DNA of 64,000 nucleotides from assembly GCA_965243025.1 (NCBI GenBank), contig CBDETY010000003.1:3424001-3488000 (forward strand). Direction: 5' to 3'. The DNA comes from Candidatus Latescibacterota bacterium (GTDB lineage: Bacteria; Latescibacterota; UBA2968; UBA8231). This document shows positions 29,242-40,939 of the stretch, piece by piece (position 1 is the stretch's first letter; each line of letters opens with the position of its first letter). A program made the position numbers and the translations under genes. Under the pieces are notes generated by a model that did no database searches, was not told where the DNA came from, and saw nothing but the letters and a program-made list of their open reading frames with translations.

Positions 29242-29286
29242 CGTCTGAGACAGACGGACGATAGTGTATCAATTGTCTCTTGTCAA
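29242..29286 (-). promoter_or_regulatory. Sigma70 promoter and candidate operator of the pPIWI-RE operon
   Basis: TTGACA (29286-29281), N17, TATCGT (29263-29258); palindrome CGTCTG-aga-CAGACG at 29242-29256. Confidence 0.6.
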
Positions 29287-29610
29287 GTTTGACCTTCGGG
29301 TCTCGGTATCACCTGACGACGGGGCGCTTCGCAGGAACGAACGAGGCCGTGGTTCAAGGCGGCGCCAGCGTCGTTTGCGGTCGCAATGTCCCAAGGGCAG
29401 GAGTCTCACGCAGCGTCTTCGGCGCACTCGTCCCTGCCGCCTAACCGCCAATCGGCTCCCTTACGCCGAACCACGTACGCTGGGGCTGTGTGCCGAAGGT
29501 TATGCGTCCGCTGGTGCACCTGCGTCCGTGCTGCTCATGGGGGCCAGCAGCTCCAGAGAGTTGTCCAGCGGGTCGTTTAGCATACCGTCCAGTCGCCTAG
29601 GCGTAACGAG

Positions 29611-31667
<2,057 letters not shown>

Positions 31668-31744
31668 GGATCGGGGACATCGTGTGGAACGTGTTCAGGA
31701 GCGAGGAGAGGGGGGGCAGCAGTAGACCAAAGTTAAGTTGGGCC

Positions 31745-31790
31745 GGGGGGGGGGGGGGGTTGACAGGGATAGACACTATCTCGATACTAT
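31745..31790 (+). promoter_or_regulatory. G15 tract abutting a sigma70-like promoter
   Basis: G15 (31745-31759), TTGACA (31760-31765), N17, GATACT; palindrome GATAG-aca-CTATC in the spacer. Confidence 0.5.
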
Positions 31791-31843
31791 CCACACACTG
31801 TCATTCATCACCCATCAGACACTCGAAACAAGGAGATACCTCT

Positions 31844-32098
31844 ATGCAAGTCGCCTTCAGCGAACCCTACAGGGCCGGTGAGAATGGAGAGGAGATTCGT
31901 CTCGGCGTAGCCTCATGGGACGACGGCACCCGGACAGCGATGTCGGTCAAGTTCACTTGGTTCGACAAGAACGGGAGGGCGGCGCGAGGCGGTGAGTTTC
32001 CCGTCGAGGCGCTGCCTCAGGCACTGACTTTCGCGATCCAGAAAGGGTATCTGTCCCTCGATTTCTTGAGGCCCCCAAGCAGGTCAGACGGCGCCTGA
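31844..32098 (+). CDS. Small hypothetical protein (84 aa)
   Basis: SD AAGGAG, ATG, globular-looking sequence downstream of the promoter. Confidence 0.6.
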   Translation: MQVAFSEPYRAGENGEEIRLGVASWDDGTRTAMSVKFTWFDKNGRAARGGEFPVEALPQALTFAIQKGYLSLDFLRPPSRSDGA

Positions 32099-32280
32099 GC
32101 GACGTCACCGGCCCCCATTTTGGGTTGCCCTGGGCCTTGGCTTGGGCCACTGGGCTAAGTCCGGCTATCTCGGCCGAGGAACCCTACCGCGCCTGCTACG
32201 CGTACTGCAGGAGGGGACTGGATAGGAGAAGGTATAGGTGCGTCAGGTATTCCCGAAACAGTAAAGAAAGGCGAAATACC

Positions 32281-32544
32281 ATGGAGAACTTCAGGAGTCA
32301 ATTCGCAAGAGCTGGAGAGCGTGGGGAGGCCGAACAGTTCGCACGTGACCATCCCAATAGAACCCTGAGAATGCTTGCCGAGACCTCTGTGAGCTGTCGG
32401 CGTCGTACGGGAGATTGGCGCGAGAGGTCTGTCGATTGGACCATGGAACGTTGCAGGCGTTACGAATTGAGGCTCGGGGAGAGCAGGATTAGGACCGCAG
32501 TAAACGATGCCGCCATGGAAGACGATGGCCGTCCTGGAACTTGA
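32281..32544 (+). CDS. Small hypothetical protein (87 aa)
   Basis: ATG with purine-rich upstream sequence; no recognised motif. Confidence 0.35.
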   Translation: MENFRSQFARAGERGEAEQFARDHPNRTLRMLAETSVSCRRRTGDWRERSVDWTMERCRRYELRLGESRIRTAVNDAAMEDDGRPGT

Positions 32545-32730
32545 AGGGGGAGACGATCACTCCAGTGCGTAGCTCTTCGGAGTCCAAGAGTCTGGGCAAG
32601 TCGATGCCCCAGTGGGAAGGCATTGCGCAGTAACAAAAACTAAATCCCTCTGGCCGTTACATGGTCCGCGGTCCTGCTGCGCCAAGAATCACTCTTCTTC
32701 GGCTAGATCTCCAAATTCGAAAGGAAAATC

Positions 32731-33555
32731 ATGGATTCCTACTATGAGCCCGTCGATACCGAGATGACCCCAATGCGCCATGCCGTCAGAAACCGAGAAG
32801 TAGAGCTCGGCGTAGGTGCTGCCAAAGGCTGCTTTCGTTGCAAGGCATTCCACACGAGATGTAATCCGAGCATTGTGGAAGAGAACGGCGAAACCAATCC
32901 CGTTAGAGGAGGTTGGACCTATGTCGGCCAACGATACGGGAAGGCAATGATCGAGGGGAAGAGGGCCAAGATTCTGTTCGTTGCCATGGAGCGACCCTTT
33001 ACCCAGGACGGAACGAACGACTACGAGGACCGATACGAGGACTTCGAAGAAACGCAATACCAGTTCCGTACCGCCTGTTATAGTCGCACGAATCCCCACA
33101 TGGGGGGCACGGACGTCGAGTTGGAATGCCTCCTCGACCCTACTGCTCCAAAGCAAAGATGTTTGCAGTTCGCATTGACGAACTCGGTCCGGTGCCGTCT
33201 GCCCTCCACGGAGTCAAAATCCACGCAGACGATGATAGACAACTGCCGGGATCATACGAAGGCAATCATTGAAACCCTTACTCCAGACATCATCGTGACA
33301 CAGGGGATTGGTTTTCCGTCCGAGGGCATCGTCGAAATGTTCGAATCGAGGATCATCTTCGAGAGTGACAATGGAAGAAGAGGTAGGTCATATCGGTATG
33401 CCGAGGTCCGTCGCGGGCAGGGTATTCTCTTCCTTCTAACCGCCCACCCAGCCCGCAACCCAGGTTTTGGCTATAAGAACGGTTATCTTCCCGATTACCT
33501 GCGCGATGCGATCAATGAGATGAGGGACCTCTATGCAGCCGACGGCAGTGGATAA
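32731..33555 (+). CDS. Uracil-DNA glycosylase superfamily-like protein
   Basis: CxxC..C, KILFVAME, ALTNSVRC, LTPDIIVTQG, TAHPA. Confidence 0.65.
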   Translation: MDSYYEPVDTEMTPMRHAVRNREVELGVGAAKGCFRCKAFHTRCNPSIVEENGETNPVRGGWTYVGQRYGKAMIEGKRAKILFVAMERPFTQDGTNDYEDRYEDFEETQYQFRTACYSRTNPHMGGTDVELECLLDPTAPKQRCLQFALTNSVRCRLPSTESKSTQTMIDNCRDHTKAIIETLTPDIIVTQGIGFPSEGIVEMFESRIIFESDNGRRGRSYRYAEVRRGQGILFLLTAHPARNPGFGYKNGYLPDYLRDAINEMRDLYAADGSG

Positions 33556-33951
33556 TCCGTGACCTGTTAGTTGCCCCTCGCCGCCGCGCCGCTTCATAAC
33601 GGCGGCAAGGAGCGAGAAGGTTCTTGGCCGCATAGCTGTCAGCCTCCTGGTTTGCTTGGGACAACCCCCTGTTCGGGGTCTGAGGATCGCCATAGCCGTC
33701 ATTCTCAGAGTGCTGGATGGGGGATAGTCCCTTGCGGAGTCCTTGAGGCTTAGGCTTTGTCACGAAACAGATGAGCGGCCAGTCCCACCAGTGGGTACCG
33801 GCGGCCAGCTACTGCCGCGCACGGTGGCGCGGCGCATCGCCTACCTGCGCGCTGCGGTGGTCCAGCCAATGCGGACTCTTCCTGTTCGTGAGTCATCGTC
33901 CGCCGGCGCCGCCAAGTGAGACCGGAAGCCCCGAACAAGCTCGTGGGAGAC

Positions 33952-34065
33952 GTACTGCGAGCTCGGTCGAAGGACTGCCAAACGATCCTCAGGGGAGTTG
34001 CCGGACCCTTGCGGTGCGCTCAGCGCCTTGACCTCGAGTTCAAAAAGGTGCCTCATTACCTATAC
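33952..34065 (+). mobile_element. IS91-like terminal remnant
   Basis: ~115 bp matching 9119-9235 and 16421-16536. Confidence 0.8.
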
Positions 34066-34157
34066 TTCCTATACTTCCTATACTTCCTATACTTCCTATA
34101 CTTCCTATACTTCCTATACTTCCTATACTTCCTATACTTCCTATACTTCCTATACTT
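34059..34157 (+). repeat. Perfect tandem array (CCTATACTT)x11
   Basis: Counted directly; the first unit is the IS91-like terminus. Confidence 0.95.
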
Positions 34158-34167
34158 CGGAATCCCG

Positions 34168-34956
34168 CTACAGCTCTACTTCCCTCAGCTCTTCCGACCA
34201 GTCCCGCCACATGTCCCGCGGCGGCGGCAACCCCTGCATCTCCTCGATATCGGTGCGCCGGAAGTCGTAGAGCACGGCTTGCCGGATGCGGGCCGAATAA
34301 TTGTGGCCGGCCATGTGTCCGAGGCGGTGGTGCCAGAACAGGACGTCCCCTGCCGACCCGTGGCAGTCCACGGGAGACTGCCGGTTCAGGCGCTCGCGCA
34401 ACCGCTCGTACTCGCCGGTCTTGTCCGGCATGTACCCGGTAGTGAAGGTGTGGTAGAACTCGCGGTGGCTCCCGGGCCAGACGCAGAAGGCGCCGCCGTC
34501 GGGCTCGACGTCGTCGATGTACCCCACGACCCCGAGGTGAAAGGGATGCGCGTCGCAGTGGCAGGTGTTCCCAGGGCGCGGCCGGTCTCCGTACGGCAGG
34601 GTGCAGTAGATGCCGCGGATCCCGTGCGGTATTTGCACCCGGCCGGCGCCCAGCATCTGCTCGGCCACGCCGAAGATCACCCGGTCGGCCGCCAGCATGC
34701 GGACGATCCAGCCCTCGCCGCCGATGCGGCGGTACTGCCAGCGGTATTCGCGCTTCATGTTGGCACTGTCGTCCGACCGGTCGGCCTCGGGAAGCGGCCC
34801 CACCCAGGTGGCCGGATCCTCCCGGTTGAACGACGCCGGCGGGTCGTCCCACAGCCGCTCGCGCGCCCGCGCCATCAGCTCCGGGTCCATGACGCCGCGC
34901 AGGATCAGGTACCCCTCGCGCTTGAAGAAGCGCAGCTGTTCGGTGGTCAGTTTCAC
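34168..34956 (-). CDS. Phytanoyl-CoA dioxygenase (PhyH) family protein, canonical HxD
   Basis: LT.EQ..FF.REGYL, HCD, DGGAFCVWPGSH, GDVLFWH...GH. Confidence 0.9.
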   Translation of the reverse strand: MKLTTEQLRFFKREGYLILRGVMDPELMARARERLWDDPPASFNREDPATWVGPLPEADRSDDSANMKREYRWQYRRIGGEGWIVRMLAADRVIFGVAEQMLGAGRVQIPHGIRGIYCTLPYGDRPRPGNTCHCDAHPFHLGVVGYIDDVEPDGGAFCVWPGSHREFYHTFTTGYMPDKTGEYERLRERLNRQSPVDCHGSAGDVLFWHHRLGHMAGHNYSARIRQAVLYDFRRTDIEEMQGLPPPRDMWRDWSEELREVEL

Positions 34957-35185
34957 TTTTCGCCGCTCTCGAATCCGCAGTCGTTCAAGGGATTCCTGGG
35001 GTCGCCTTTGCAAGGTCAAACTTCGAAAACGTGAAGTGATTTTGCCAAAGTTTACGATCCCATCAGGAGCGCGGTCGGGCGCTCCTTCACCATATTCTGT
35101 CCATGAGTGGCGAGCCTGTGGGGCGGTGCCGACCGAAATCTCCCTCAGGCTGTGTCCATATCAGAAGGCAAGGAGGAAAGGACAG

Positions 35186-36064
35186 ATGACCCCTGCCTGG
35201 AAAAAATGGCATCGTGCCCTCGGATTGCTCCTCTCCCTGTCAATCCCGGCAGGCGCCCACGTCGGGGAACGCGTTTTTCCTGTGTACGAGCTGACCGACG
35301 AGATGCTGGAGGAGATTCGGCTCGACGACGGGCTGGTAGATGAGTGGATGGACCTGTTCGGCGAGCCGAGCATGACCCTGCTGGATTTCAAGGAAGAAAA
35401 CGCGCAATCGGTACGCGATCCCTCCGACCTGGATTTCCGCATCTGGTTGGCCTGGCACGACGAGCCTGCCCGGTTCTACGTAGCCTTCGTGGCCAGCGAT
35501 GACGTGTACAAGAACACCTACGACTCCGAAATCCCTGGGGGAATGTTCTGGGATGACAGCATCGAGGTGGGAATCGACGGAGACCACAGTGGGGGTGTGG
35601 GCTTTGCCCATGGGAAAACCCAGTATTACGAGGCGATTGCCCGCACCGCCAACGACCCGAACATGATCAGCTCTGCCTTCTGGGCCGCCCTGCCTCCTTA
35701 CGGGGAAGCTGGGGGTGGCGCATTCGGAGAAATGCCGACCATCAGCGCAATCGAGTTGTACGTTACGCCGCTGGACCAATTTGAGGAGCGGGACAGTCCC
35801 GAGGGCAATGTGATCAGCGATCTTGCTGCAGGACGGATCATCGGCTTTTCCATCGGAGTAAATGACCATGATCCACCTGACGAAACCTGGAAGCACTGGT
35901 TACCCGAATTCATGCATTCCAATGATCCGGAACCGGACTTCGATATCTGGGAGGGAGTAGCGGATCGTTTCTTCGACGGCTTCCTGCTTTCTTCCCAACC
36001 GGGAAACTCCGCAGTCGAGTCGGTAACCTGGGGCCGCATCAAGGCCACCCTGGAGGTGGAGTAA
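35186..36064 (+). CDS. TWGRIKA-motif secreted protein paralog 3
   Basis: SD AGGAGG; signal peptide; HVGERVFP, DFRIWLAW, IDGDHSGG, ELYVTP, TWGRIKATL. Confidence 0.8.
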   Translation: MTPAWKKWHRALGLLLSLSIPAGAHVGERVFPVYELTDEMLEEIRLDDGLVDEWMDLFGEPSMTLLDFKEENAQSVRDPSDLDFRIWLAWHDEPARFYVAFVASDDVYKNTYDSEIPGGMFWDDSIEVGIDGDHSGGVGFAHGKTQYYEAIARTANDPNMISSAFWAALPPYGEAGGGAFGEMPTISAIELYVTPLDQFEERDSPEGNVISDLAAGRIIGFSIGVNDHDPPDETWKHWLPEFMHSNDPEPDFDIWEGVADRFFDGFLLSSQPGNSAVESVTWGRIKATLEVE

Positions 36065-36178
36065 CCGCGATACGGCCCCCCCCGGGCCCACCCCCCTCCC
36101 AATCATTCCCTGCCGCACCCGCCGTCGACGGACTGTTGACACATCCCGGGAGTGGGCGCCAATTTCGCCGGCTCCGAG

Positions 36179-36895
36179 ATGCAATCACGACCGACGACAG
36201 CACAGGCCCGCCGCGACCTGAAAGCCCTGGCCGACGACGGGATCGCCGCGCACTCGCAGCGCTTCTTCAAGACCGGCCCGGGTGAATACGCCGAGGGAGA
36301 CCGCTTCATCGGGGTCAGGGTGCCGGCGATACGCGGCATCGCCAGACAGTACCGCGCCCTCCCGCACGCCGGGGTGCTGACGCTGCTCCGCTCCAGGATC
36401 CACGAGGAGCGCCTGCTCGCCCTGGTCATTCTCTGCGATCAGTACAAGCGCGGGGACGGTGCCGAGCGCAAGAGGATCTACGACGCCTATCTCAGCCACA
36501 CCGCCTTCATCAACAACTGGGACCTGGTCGATGCCTCGGCCCACAAGATCGTCGGGCCCCACCTGGAAGACCGCAGCCGCCGGCCCCTCGACCGCCTGGC
36601 GCGCTCGAAGAGCCTCTGGGAACGGCGGATCGCCATTGTCGCCACCTTCCATTTCATCCAGCGTGGAGAGTTCGACGACACCCTGCGGATTGCCGACCGC
36701 CTCCTCGGAGACGGCGAGGATCTCATCCACAAGGCGGTCGGCTGGATGCTGCGGGAGGTGGGCAAGCGCGACCGGAAGCGGGAGGAGGAGTTCCTGCGGG
36801 ACCGCTACGGGCGCATGCCGCGCACCATGCTCCGCTACGCCATCGAGCGCTTCCCCGAGCGCCGGCGCAAGGCCTACCTGAAAGGAGCCGTCTAA
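36179..36895 (+). CDS. DNA alkylation repair protein (AlkD-like)
   Basis: FFKTGPGEYAEGD, NNWDLVD, LWERRIA, IHKAVGWMLRE, MPRTMLRYAIE. Confidence 0.9.
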   Translation: MQSRPTTAQARRDLKALADDGIAAHSQRFFKTGPGEYAEGDRFIGVRVPAIRGIARQYRALPHAGVLTLLRSRIHEERLLALVILCDQYKRGDGAERKRIYDAYLSHTAFINNWDLVDASAHKIVGPHLEDRSRRPLDRLARSKSLWERRIAIVATFHFIQRGEFDDTLRIADRLLGDGEDLIHKAVGWMLREVGKRDRKREEEFLRDRYGRMPRTMLRYAIERFPERRRKAYLKGAV

Positions 36896-36898
36896 CCG

Positions 36899-37852
36899 AT
36901 GTCGGCAGCGACCTTCCGGCGTCCGTTTCCGCCGCTGACCCCGGCGCAGCGCTACCACCTCGAGGTGTTCGGGTACGTCGTCCTCGAGAACTCAATGAGC
37001 CGCGGCGAGGTCGAGCGCCTCAAGGAAGCCCTGCTCCGCCTGTTCGCCGACCTCGAAGCCCTCGAGGACCGCGGCCTGAACGGCCCCCGCGTGCGCGGGG
37101 CGTTCCTCGGGATCGACAAGCCCTGCCACAAGTTCGCGGTCAACATCCTGGAGTCCGACCCGGCGATCACGGCGTACGCCACCCACCCGTACATGGTCTC
37201 CCTCGCCGAGGAGCTGATCGGCGGCGAGGCGCGCATCGTCGAGATGAACGCCCACATCAACTCCCGCGACCCGGACAACACCTGGGAGGAGGGGCTGGCC
37301 GGCTTTCACCGGGGCACCGACGTCCCCTACGCCGGCCACTCCCACGGCGGGCTCTTCCACTGCAACTTCGTCAAGACGCTGACCAACCTCACCGACCTCG
37401 GACCGGACGACGGCGGCACCGCCGTCATCGCGGGCAGCCACAAGATCGACGCCCCGCCGAACGAGCTGATCGCCCTGGCCGAAGAGGACCGGTCGCTCGT
37501 GCACCAGGTGGTCGCCCCGGCCGGATCGACGCTGCTGTTCTGCGAAACCCTGGTGCACGCCACCGGGCCGATCCGCTCCGACCGCGAACGGATCATCATC
37601 ATCACCGGGTACGGGTCGACGATGTTCCCCTACTGGGATTACGGCGAGCTCAGCCCCGGGTTCCGCGAGCGCATCCCCGAGCAGCTGAAGGTCCTGTTCG
37701 AGGGGAAGCAGGTGTGGACGCGCGGGGCGCGCTACCGCGACCTGGCGACGCCGGCGGACGAACGGGATTTCGCCATGGGGGAATGGGACGACCGGCCCGC
37801 CGCGAGCGACGAGGACCTGCGGCGGTTCACCTCACCGGAAGGATACCGATGA
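36899..37852 (+). CDS. PhyH-family dioxygenase-like protein (HRG motif)
   Basis: GYVVL, FHRG, DGGTAVIAGSHK, FCETLVH. Confidence 0.8.
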   Translation: MSAATFRRPFPPLTPAQRYHLEVFGYVVLENSMSRGEVERLKEALLRLFADLEALEDRGLNGPRVRGAFLGIDKPCHKFAVNILESDPAITAYATHPYMVSLAEELIGGEARIVEMNAHINSRDPDNTWEEGLAGFHRGTDVPYAGHSHGGLFHCNFVKTLTNLTDLGPDDGGTAVIAGSHKIDAPPNELIALAEEDRSLVHQVVAPAGSTLLFCETLVHATGPIRSDRERIIIITGYGSTMFPYWDYGELSPGFRERIPEQLKVLFEGKQVWTRGARYRDLATPADERDFAMGEWDDRPAASDEDLRRFTSPEGYR

Positions 37853-38832
37853 GCAAGCTTCAGGTACTGTTCATTCCGCACGAAATGCCGGACCTCGCCG
37901 ATTGGTCGGCCGACCTTCTCCAGGCGCTCGAGGGGCGCTTCGAGATTCGCCGCTTCGACCGGGAGGCCCCGCTGCCGCCGCAGTTCGCCGGCATCGAGGC
38001 GATGGTCGACCAGGGGTCGGGTCCGACCCGGGAGATGATCGACGCCGCGGCCGACGCGGGGGTCCGCTTCCTGCAGCTGCAGACCAACGGGCTCGACCAC
38101 GTCGACCTCGACTACCTGCGCGGCAAGGGGCTGATGACGGCCCACTGCCCGGGGCATCTCAGCGCCGTGGCCCTGGCCCAGAACGCCATGATGTTCATCC
38201 TGATGCTGGCCGGGCGCTACCGCGAGGCCCAGGTCAACTTCGCGCAGGGGCCGTTCTTCATGCCGCGCGGGAGGGAGCTGGTGGGAATGACCCTCGGCAT
38301 CGTCGGACTCGGGGCCAGCGGCACCGAGCTGGCGCGCCGGGCAAAGCCGTTCGGCATGCGCATCGAGGCGATCGACGTGCGCGAGATCGACGCGGAGATC
38401 CTCGACGAGATCCGCCCCGACTTCCTCGGGGGGCCCGAGGATCTCGACGGCATGGTGGGCCGCTGCGACTTCCTCTCCTGCCACCTGCACCTCACCGACG
38501 AGACCCGGCACATCATCGACGCGCGCCGCATCGGGCTGATGAAGCCGACCGCCTGCTACATCAACGTCTGCCGCGGCGGCCTGGCGGACGAGGAGGCGCT
38601 GTATGCCGCCCTGATGGAGGGGCGCATCGGCGGCGCCGGGCTCGACGCCTTCGCCCAGGAACCCCCGGACCCGACCCTGCCGGTGTTCCAGCTGCCCAAC
38701 GTCGTCGTCCTGCCGCACACCGCCGGCGGCACCGACGGCACCTCCCGCAAGCGGGCCGCCTTCGCCGCCGGGAACCTCGCCCGCTTCGCGCGCGGAGAGG
38801 AGCCGCAGGCCCTGGTGGTGGGCGGAGCGTAG
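37849..38832 (+). CDS. D-2-hydroxyacid dehydrogenase family protein
   Basis: GIVGLGASG, INVCRG, LDAFAQEP, LPHTAG; ATGA overlap. Confidence 0.9.
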   Translation: MSKLQVLFIPHEMPDLADWSADLLQALEGRFEIRRFDREAPLPPQFAGIEAMVDQGSGPTREMIDAAADAGVRFLQLQTNGLDHVDLDYLRGKGLMTAHCPGHLSAVALAQNAMMFILMLAGRYREAQVNFAQGPFFMPRGRELVGMTLGIVGLGASGTELARRAKPFGMRIEAIDVREIDAEILDEIRPDFLGGPEDLDGMVGRCDFLSCHLHLTDETRHIIDARRIGLMKPTACYINVCRGGLADEEALYAALMEGRIGGAGLDAFAQEPPDPTLPVFQLPNVVVLPHTAGGTDGTSRKRAAFAAGNLARFARGEEPQALVVGGA

Positions 38833-38841
38833 GGGGGCGCC

Positions 38842-39639
38842 ATGTACACGCGGCAGCGGCTGGCCGGCGACTTCGCCGCTCTCGGAGTTGAGGCGGGGGA
38901 CATCCTGTTCGTCCACTCCTCCTTCAAGAGCCTCGGCCCGGTAAAGGGGAACGCCCGCACCGTGGTGGCCGCGCTCGAGGACGCCGTCGGCCCGGAGGGG
39001 CTCGTGCTGATGCCGTCGTTCCACCTGGTCTGGCGCGACCCGTCCAATCCGCCGCCCCCGGAGGTCGCCGCCGACCCCGGGCTGGCCGAGCGCTACCGGC
39101 TGCGCCAGGGCCGCGCCGAGCTCTGGGACCACGCGACCACCCCGTCGACGGTCGGCTGGCTGACCGAGTTCTTCCGGCTCATGCCCGGCACCTTCCGCTC
39201 CGACCACTATTCGCACTCGGTCGCCGCCCGCGGCAAGGGGGCGGAGTCGTTCGTCGCCGGCCACCTCGAGAACGAGGGGCTCGTGTCGGGCTGGGACTAC
39301 CCGCCCTGGGGCCGCACCTACGGCACGCACTCGCCGTTCTACCGGGCTTACGAGCGCGGCGGCAAGCTGCTGATGCTCGGCACCACCTACGACACCACGA
39401 CCTACATCCACCTCGTAGAGGTCATGCGCTGGAACCGGATGCTCGAGGAGGACCCGGAGGCCGTTTACCCGAGCATCGACCGCGAAATCCTCGGGGCCTG
39501 GTGGGACCGCCAGGGCCGGCTGCGGCGGGGGCGCGCCGGAGACTCCTACTGCCGGCTGTTTCCCGTCAGGGACTTCATCGACACCCTGGTCGCCGAGGTC
39601 GACCGCGACCCGGATGCCTACGCTCATCGCCGCAATTAG
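38842..39639 (+). CDS. AAC(3)-family N-acetyltransferase
   Basis: FVHSSFKSLG, LMPSF, RSDH.SHS, TYIHLVE. Confidence 0.85.
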   Translation: MYTRQRLAGDFAALGVEAGDILFVHSSFKSLGPVKGNARTVVAALEDAVGPEGLVLMPSFHLVWRDPSNPPPPEVAADPGLAERYRLRQGRAELWDHATTPSTVGWLTEFFRLMPGTFRSDHYSHSVAARGKGAESFVAGHLENEGLVSGWDYPPWGRTYGTHSPFYRAYERGGKLLMLGTTYDTTTYIHLVEVMRWNRMLEEDPEAVYPSIDREILGAWWDRQGRLRRGRAGDSYCRLFPVRDFIDTLVAEVDRDPDAYAHRRN

Positions 39640-39862
39640 GCGGTGCTGGTGGCTCGGTCCGTGCCGGGATGTCTGGTGCGGCGGAGGACGGCCGCATCGC
39701 CCCGGGACGCGACGGGGGCTCCGGCCACCGAATCCGCGCCGGCCGCGGGCGGGCACCCGGGATTGTCCCTGATTCACCTGCCCTTTCCACCCGCGCCCCT
39801 GCAGGTCCGAGCGCTTTCGGACCTGAGTTTCCAGGGCGCACAAAAGCACACATGGTCTTCCC

Positions 39863-40915
39863 GTGAAAATCCTGGTAACCGGCGCCACCGGCCGGGTCGG
39901 CGCCAACCTCGTCCTGGCGCTGCTCGACGCCGGCCACGACGTGCGCAGCTTCGTCTACCCCGGGGACGCCTCGCGTGCCCACAAGCTCGACGGCTTCGAC
40001 CGCGTCGAGACCGTCACCGGCGACCTGCGCAGCTTCGACGACGTGCGCGCCGCCCTGCGGGGAGTCGACGCCGTCTACCACATCGCCGCGGCGTTCGCCG
40101 CCCCCTTCAACCACCGCGAGTATCTCGACATCAACGCCAACGGCACCCTCAACCTGCTCGAGGCGATCCGCGAAGAGCTTCCCGGCCTGCACCGCTTCGC
40201 CTACGCCTGCACCGAGGCCGTGTACTGGGAGGCGCCCTACCGGGGCCGCTACTTCGAGGAGCCGATCACCGAGGAGATGACCGCCGAGTACTGCGACATG
40301 CCCTACTTCATGACCAAGCGGATCGGGGAGGAGCTGACGATCTGCTACCAGCGCCAGTACGGGGTGCCGGCCTGCGTCTTCCGCTTCGCCAGCATCATCG
40401 AGCCGAGCGAGTTCCTCGACGAAGGGGGCAGGCCCTACCGCTTCTTCCTCAGCGACCTGTACGAGCGCTTCCGTGAGGCGGAGGGGAAAACCGCCGAAGA
40501 GCGCGGGATGTACGACCACATCCGCTCCCTGTGGCAGGGGGAAGAGAAGCTCGTGGTGATGCTCAACCCCAACGGGGTGCCGCAGAAGCAGCCCTTCGCC
40601 GACGTCCGCGACATCGCCGGCGGCCTGCTGCTCGGGCTCGAGCGCGAGGAGGCGGTCGGCGAGATCTTCAACCTCGGGGGCGCGGTCGTGTTCGACTGGG
40701 GGAAGGCGATCCCCTTCCTGGCGGATCGCTACGGGATGGAATACGTCGAGGCGAAGGTGCCGACCCCCAACTACTTCGACCTCGACCTCGGCAAGATCAA
40801 CAGGCTCCTGGGTTTCGAGCCGAAGCACGACCTGCTGAGCCTGGTCGAGACGGCCGAGGCCCTGCACCGGGGCGAGGACGCCGGGGTGATCCCGACGGGG
40901 GTGCGCTACGGGTAG
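39863..40915 (+). CDS. NAD-dependent epimerase/dehydratase
   Basis: TGATGRVG, YFMTK, DVRDIA. Confidence 0.9.
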   Translation: MKILVTGATGRVGANLVLALLDAGHDVRSFVYPGDASRAHKLDGFDRVETVTGDLRSFDDVRAALRGVDAVYHIAAAFAAPFNHREYLDINANGTLNLLEAIREELPGLHRFAYACTEAVYWEAPYRGRYFEEPITEEMTAEYCDMPYFMTKRIGEELTICYQRQYGVPACVFRFASIIEPSEFLDEGGRPYRFFLSDLYERFREAEGKTAEERGMYDHIRSLWQGEEKLVVMLNPNGVPQKQPFADVRDIAGGLLLGLEREEAVGEIFNLGGAVVFDWGKAIPFLADRYGMEYVEAKVPTPNYFDLDLGKINRLLGFEPKHDLLSLVETAEALHRGEDAGVIPTGVRYG

Positions 40916-40939
40916 AGGGGTAGCCGGGGAGACGGATTC

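Noticed and set aside
34059-34157. CRISPR array or LYF/SIG repeat protein
   Set aside because: Perfect 9 bp units with no spacers and no cas genes; the ORFs crossing it are shadows of the PhyH gene and the IS end
38842-39639. Aminoglycoside resistance gene
   Set aside because: The AAC(3)/YokD fold is widespread; the gene sits in a metabolic operon with no mobile context, so resistance is unsupported
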